This document shows positions 58,898-64,000 of a DNA stretch of 64,000 bases, piece by piece (the first letter of the stretch is position 1; each line of letters opens with the position of its first letter). The notes beneath the pieces were generated by a model that saw nothing but the letters and a program-made list of their open reading frames with translations, was not told the origin of the DNA and ran no database searches. The translations under genes and the position numbers were made by a program. This DNA is from Macrostomum lignano (taxonomy: Eukaryota), in the NCBI GenBank assembly GCA_002269645.1, contig NIVC01002203.1:1-64000 (forward strand), written 5' to 3'.

Positions 58898-61800
58898 ATA
58901 ACTGAGTACTGTATATATTTCACTTGTTATATTTCTGTATGTATTACTATATATCAGGCTAGGCCTACTTAATTTTTTTGTTCAAATATTGCTCAGTTTT
59001 ACTGTAAATAAATTCACTATAGTATCACTAATTGCATTTGTTAACTGTATTGTATCTATATGAAGTATACTTTATACTTGCAAATAAAATGGTCTGTCTT
59101 AATGGTAAGCCACCAAACTGCTAAAGTGTTAAAATTTATAATTACTGGAAATATTAACAAAATGAAAAATATAAATTTTAGTGCAAAAAATATGACAAAA
59201 GTCAAATAGAGCAAAGTTGAGGTCTGAAATTTACTAACTACCAAATTTTAATTCTATTTGACTGCTTAACAAAATTCAACTTGAATACTCAGCTTGAACT
59301 ACCAAAGTTTGGTCAAGTATTTGACTTGACCAAAACCTGAGTTTGTCTAGGCTAAATGCTTTAATAGTACTAGCTTATACTAAACTACAAGTTAGGCTAG
59401 TATAGTAGTACTTAATAATATCATTTGACTAGGGATTTTGACTAAATTTTGATTTTGATCATTTTTTAGAGATGATATACAGTGTAGTACCAATGCATTG
59501 TTTCTATACTTAACCTATAATTTTTTTTCATAATCAAAACATTTTGAAACTAAATATTAAACAATGCTATCTAGGTTTTTATTGGTATTAAGATGCAAAG
59601 TTTTGGTATTAGAAAAAAAAGAACAAAATAGGATATTATATCATATCAAAGGTCAAACTTGAAGATATAATTAGAAAGTTGACATGCATGCTATACTTTA
59701 GCATCTGAAAAAATAGATAAAAATCTGAAATAAAACACTAATACAAAAGTTACACATTTTAAGCATCAAAGACCTAAAATGCTAAATAATAATGTGCTAT
59801 GCTAATATACCAAATACATTGGTGACCCTTTGTAAGTGCACTATAATTTTCTACAGCAAAGGCCACCTTGACTATGGGGCTAGTATAATTTTAAATATTA
59901 TAATAAAGTTTAGAAGGCCTAATATGTATACTGTAAAAGATAGGTAAAGAGAATCTTTAGAGAATCTTAGAGATAATCAATATTTCTTTGATTATTAAAT
60001 TGAAGCCAAAAAACTGTTTATATAGTTGCTATTAGTATTGCTCTCATCATTTGTCCTGAACTCCGTGAATTGAATATACTGACATTACATACGATACTAC
60101 TACTACTACTAGCTGACATGAGAGCACTATTGTATCCGTAATAGGTCTGTATCAAGTTAGTCATAGGCCTGTATCAACAATAAATAAATGAGGAACTCCC
60201 ATTTCTATAACTTCTACACTTCAGTCAGTGAAAAATTGATCTGTAGCCATTCTTTGTTGATCAATCAAAACTTGAATGCTGATGCCAGTGATGGTTCATG
60301 TTCATTCTTTGAATAAGAATTTGTTCATTTCGAAGAAACTTCAGCTTTTAATTTCGTGTTCAGTAAATCAATATTATCTAGTTATTATATGTATAAAGCG
60401 GAACTAAACTCTAATGTTATAGATTCTAGTGCAATAAAATTTTCTAGACTATTTTTATTATTAACTGAAATTTTATACACAGTGAGGTGGGGGTGGAGAA
60501 GAAAATAAAAAGGGGGCCCGCGGGTTTTGAAATTGGGAAAAATAAAATTTCGGTTTGTCGTCGGCACGTAAAGCCGGAAAATCGCACAAAATTGCTGCTC
60601 TGATTCTTCTCCTAGGTTACTCCGTCTGCCGGGTCCTCAATTCCGGGGGGAGGGTAGTCGCAATCGCAGTCGAGCGGTCTAGTAGCGGCCCGAGTCGTTC
60701 AGAATGGGTCCTCAGACACCGTAAACTCGTAATTCGTCGAGATTGCTAGTTGTGTTACTCTATGTAGTAAAGTAGCGCTGCCACCACCGTAAATGTCGTT
60801 TTACGGAACGTTGAGGGTCTCAGAGCTTTCTTTGAGTTGAGACTGACTGGTTATTTTACGCCCCGCGGGCAAATGACTCAATAGAAAAACTAAAGGCTTC
60901 GATTCTGAACAACTGTATGGATAATATTAATATTGGCGAGCTTATTAATTATGATTTCGTTATTATTGTTATCGTTACTTATTGTTACTACTACGCGAGA
61001 TAATTGACCAACAACCAACAGAGAGAGAGAGCGGGCGAGCGAGCAAAAATAATAATTAAAAGAAAACACTAACAATCGAACACACACAAAAGCAATCGCA
61101 GTAGTAGCAGAAGGAGGAGGAGGAGAAGGAGGAGGAGGAGGTAAAAGATAAGAGAAGTAAAACGCAACGGTTTTATACATAAAAATTACATAGATCCAAT
61201 AGGGGGGGACACCGAAAGGAACACTGGGTGGAACACCGGGGGGAACACTGGCGGGAAAAAGGGCAAACCCGGAAGGAATACAGCAAAACAAAGCGGGACC
61301 AAGGGAAGGGGCAACTATTGGACCACAGGTAGGGGCAACGAAAGGAAAGCGCACAGTTCAACCGGGGGAGCAGGAGTGACGTCAAGAATATCCCACCGGG
61401 GGAGGCGCTTCGCGCGTCGCCAACCGTTGCAGGAGCCCCAGTGGTAGACCGGCCTACCACACACAGTCTGCACGGTAAAACTGAAAATGGATACAACATG
61501 CTGAGCAACACTTATAACAATTTTAAACCTAAGAGCACCCGAGCTAACATGGAGAGCCAAAATCTCGTAGTATAGCTACGAGTGATAAAGCTGAAGTCAA
61601 AATTTAAATCTGCAACGCTGCAAATGGATTTCACAGAATACGTGTATATATCACATGTACAATATGTAGCTGTGGCAGCTAGGCGCGTCGGTGGGGGGGG
61701 ACATGTCCCCCCCCCCCCCAGTAAAAGCTTTGGGGGTGTCCCCCGACCCCACTTTGTGACCCGTTGTGGTAATCAATTTCTTCAGGACGTCAAAATATAT

Positions 61801-62319
61801 AGCGCCTTCTGCGCCAAAATGCGTGCCTGCGCGCGGCGCGAAAAGGAGTACCTGCGGCGCCAAAATGAGCGCTGACTACACGATTCTCAAAATAATGGAA
61901 ATTTAGGAATTTAGTCATGTACATGTTGAATTCTTGGCTTTGTCTCCCCACCATAAAATCCATGGCGACGCGGGCCCTGGCATATGGGATGTGCAAGCAT
62001 TGCAGATATACATGTACGTATATCGTACATGTTCAAGTGAATATAAAGCTGCCGCAATCAAACGGTTGCTACATTGCGATTTACCTTGCGGGCTACCTTA
62101 CTTCTTTTATTAATCAATACATGTATACATGTACGTGGAACCACCCTTCCCGGAAAAAAACTAGCCGATTTGCAAGCGCGATTCGCTGGCGGCTTTTCGA
62201 GAGGGCATGCACCTTTTATATGTAAGCCTCATTAGGGGCGTCGCCAAAGATTTTATGGCTTGGACAAAAGCTAATAATTTAAGTAACTAAATTCCTACAT
62301 TGTTTTAGGAATTAATGTT

Positions 62320-62965
62320 AGTACTCATTTAGGCGCCGAAGACACTCATTTAGGCGCCGAAGACACTCATTTTGGCGCTTCAGGTAATTTTTTTGGCGCC
62401 GTAGATTCGGCACGATCATCATTTAGCGCAGCAGGCATTCATTCTGGCGCCGCAGGCACTCATTTTGGCACCGCGGGCACTCATTTTGGCGCCGCAGGCA
62501 CTCCTTTTAGCGCCGCAGGCATTCCTTTCAGCACCGCAGGCACTCATTCTGGCGCCGCAGGCACTCATTTTGGCACCGCTGGCACTCATTCTGGCGCCGC
62601 AGGCACTCCTTTTTGCGCCGCAGGCATTCCTTTTGGCACCACAGGCATTCCTTTTAGCACCGCAGGCACTCATTTTGGCGCCGCAGGCACTCCTTTTAGC
62701 ACCGCAGGCACTCATTTTGGAGCCGTAGGCACTCCTTTTAGCACCGCAGGCACTCATTTTGGCGCCGCAGGCATTCCTTTTAGCACCACAGGCACTCATT
62801 TTGGCGCCGCAGGCACTCCTTTTAGCGCCGCAGGCATTCCTTTTAGCGCCGCAGGCATTCCTTTTGGCACCGCAGGCACTCATTTTGGTACAGCGGGCAC
62901 TCATTTTGGTACAGCGGGCACTCATTTTGGTACAGCGGGCACTCATTTTGGAGCCGCAAGCATTC
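62320..62965. repeat. 21-bp ggcgccgcaggcactcatttt minisatellite
   Basis: Direct reading. Confidence 0.9.
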
Positions 62966-63202
62966 CTTTTACGGGACGACGTGCCCGCGAGCGAATGCCC
63001 AAGCCCCACTGACTAACTGCATGCATTGGCCGCGCGTTGTCGTGACAAAAGGCCTCTCTATTTTACAATTGTTCCTCACAAAGCCCCTACTTATACATGT
63101 ACGACGTACAACCGAGCCGTCATGCGAATGTTTGTTATCTAATATATCTGAAAATTGTGCAACTGTCATCTTCCCACTGGACTGCACCAGGGACTGTTCA
63201 TT

Positions 63203-63336
63203 TATATAAGAGGGACTCGCACTTGAAAAACAGTTTGTGACAAAGCCTGACTCTGAACTGAAACTTCTCAGGTAAGATCCCGGCGAATTTCCAGTTGCTC
63301 ATCAAAGTAGAACTTTTGTTACGACCATTGCAACAG
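63203..63336 (+). promoter_or_regulatory. TATA box (TATATAAG, 63203-63210) and 65-bp 5'-UTR intron (63272-63336) of the cystatin gene
   Basis: CAG|gtaaga ... ttgcaacag|AAAAATG; AATAAA at 63919-63924 downstream of the CDS. Confidence 0.6.
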
Positions 63337-63340
63337 AAAA

Positions 63341-63790
63341 ATGAAGTGCGTCATTATGCTATCCGTTGTCGCCTTCTGTCTGGCCGGCGTCGCCATTGGC
63401 TCCCTGATCGGCGGCAAGCGCCCGCTGACACAGGAGGACGTCAAATCGCCTGAGTTCCGCGGCGCCTTGGACATGGCCACGCTGGAGATGAACCGGCTGA
63501 GCAGCCACCCCAGATTCCACGCAGTGCTCAACTTCGTGCGCGGCACCAAACAGGTGGTTGCCGGCGTCCTCTACGAATTCAGCATTGTTTTGCGCGCCAC
63601 CGAGTGCGAGAACCACGAGGCGCAGAACCTGGAGAACTTGGCCAAGTGCGCCCCAGTGAACTTGCTCGGCGCCTCCGAGTTCCACTGCGACTTCAAGGTT
63701 CTCTACCAGCCGTGGTCCGGCAACTCTGAGTACCGGGTTATGAGCGAGCCGTCCTGCGTGTCACCCCGGGAGGTGCCCTTCGCCGGCTAA
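63341..63790 (+). CDS. Secreted type-2 cystatin (cysteine protease inhibitor)
   Basis: Signal peptide, N-terminal Gly (LIGG), QVVAG, PW, and four cysteines consistent with two disulfides. Confidence 0.93.
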   Translation: MKCVIMLSVVAFCLAGVAIGSLIGGKRPLTQEDVKSPEFRGALDMATLEMNRLSSHPRFHAVLNFVRGTKQVVAGVLYEFSIVLRATECENHEAQNLENLAKCAPVNLLGASEFHCDFKVLYQPWSGNSEYRVMSEPSCVSPREVPFAG

Positions 63791-64000
63791 GAGCCCCGAG
63801 GATTACTAGGACTATGGGTCGAATTTCAGTTTTAGTGCACTATAAGCGCGTCTGAGACCGCTTGGTTATCTGCGTACGTGTCTTTGTTGACTTCAGCCCC
63901 TTGGTTTATCAAACATAAAATAAATAGACAACTACAGTAACCGCTAGTTCACATCATTGTTTCATTTATTATTTTTTAAATGGTCAAACGAGCTATCCTT

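Noticed and set aside
60478-60520. CACAGTG as an RSS heptamer or Transib terminus
   Set aside because: There is no nonamer at 12 or 23 spacing and no partner inverted CACTGTG end was found.
60890-61570. Gly/Lys-rich partial reading frames near 61190-61570
   Set aside because: Broken by stops in every frame and no recognisable domain.
61675-62990. MITE-like GC-rich ends (61679-61980; 62235-62990)
   Set aside because: The putative TIRs match poorly and no TSD could be identified.

Overview
Eukaryotic (metazoan) genomic DNA. It has GC-rich exons, GT-AG introns and a very high load of micro- and minisatellites. This composition and gene content resemble a free-living flatworm such as Macrostomum, but that is inference and not confirmed. 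Genes I could reconstruct by hand: the last exon of a Thr-rich repeat protein (~394-1357, +), a 6-exon tandem-C2 synaptotagmin-like gene (8658-26936, +), a 6-exon 7-EC protocadherin (37549-30170, -), a typical 2-Cys peroxiredoxin (-), one exon of an unknown gene (54248-53820, -), an orphan 119-aa ORF and a secreted type-2 cystatin (+). The main highlight is a head-to-tail stack of four divergent RTE-type non-LTR retrotransposons (1.7-8.3 kb, all minus strand). Each is embedded in a GAA/GAT microsatellite, two have target-site duplications, and the full-length copy starts exactly at an HDV-like ribozyme fold (5731-5662). Other highlights: a hAT-type MITE (14-bp TIRs, 8-bp TSD) carrying a 28S rRNA fragment that spans the R2/I-PpoI target region; two histone-type 3' stem-loops with no histone gene in an AT-rich island; and tandem arrays built from functional motifs (RFX X-boxes, Pol III B-boxes, a splice acceptor). 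Most long ORFs in the supplied track are repeat or antisense artefacts.
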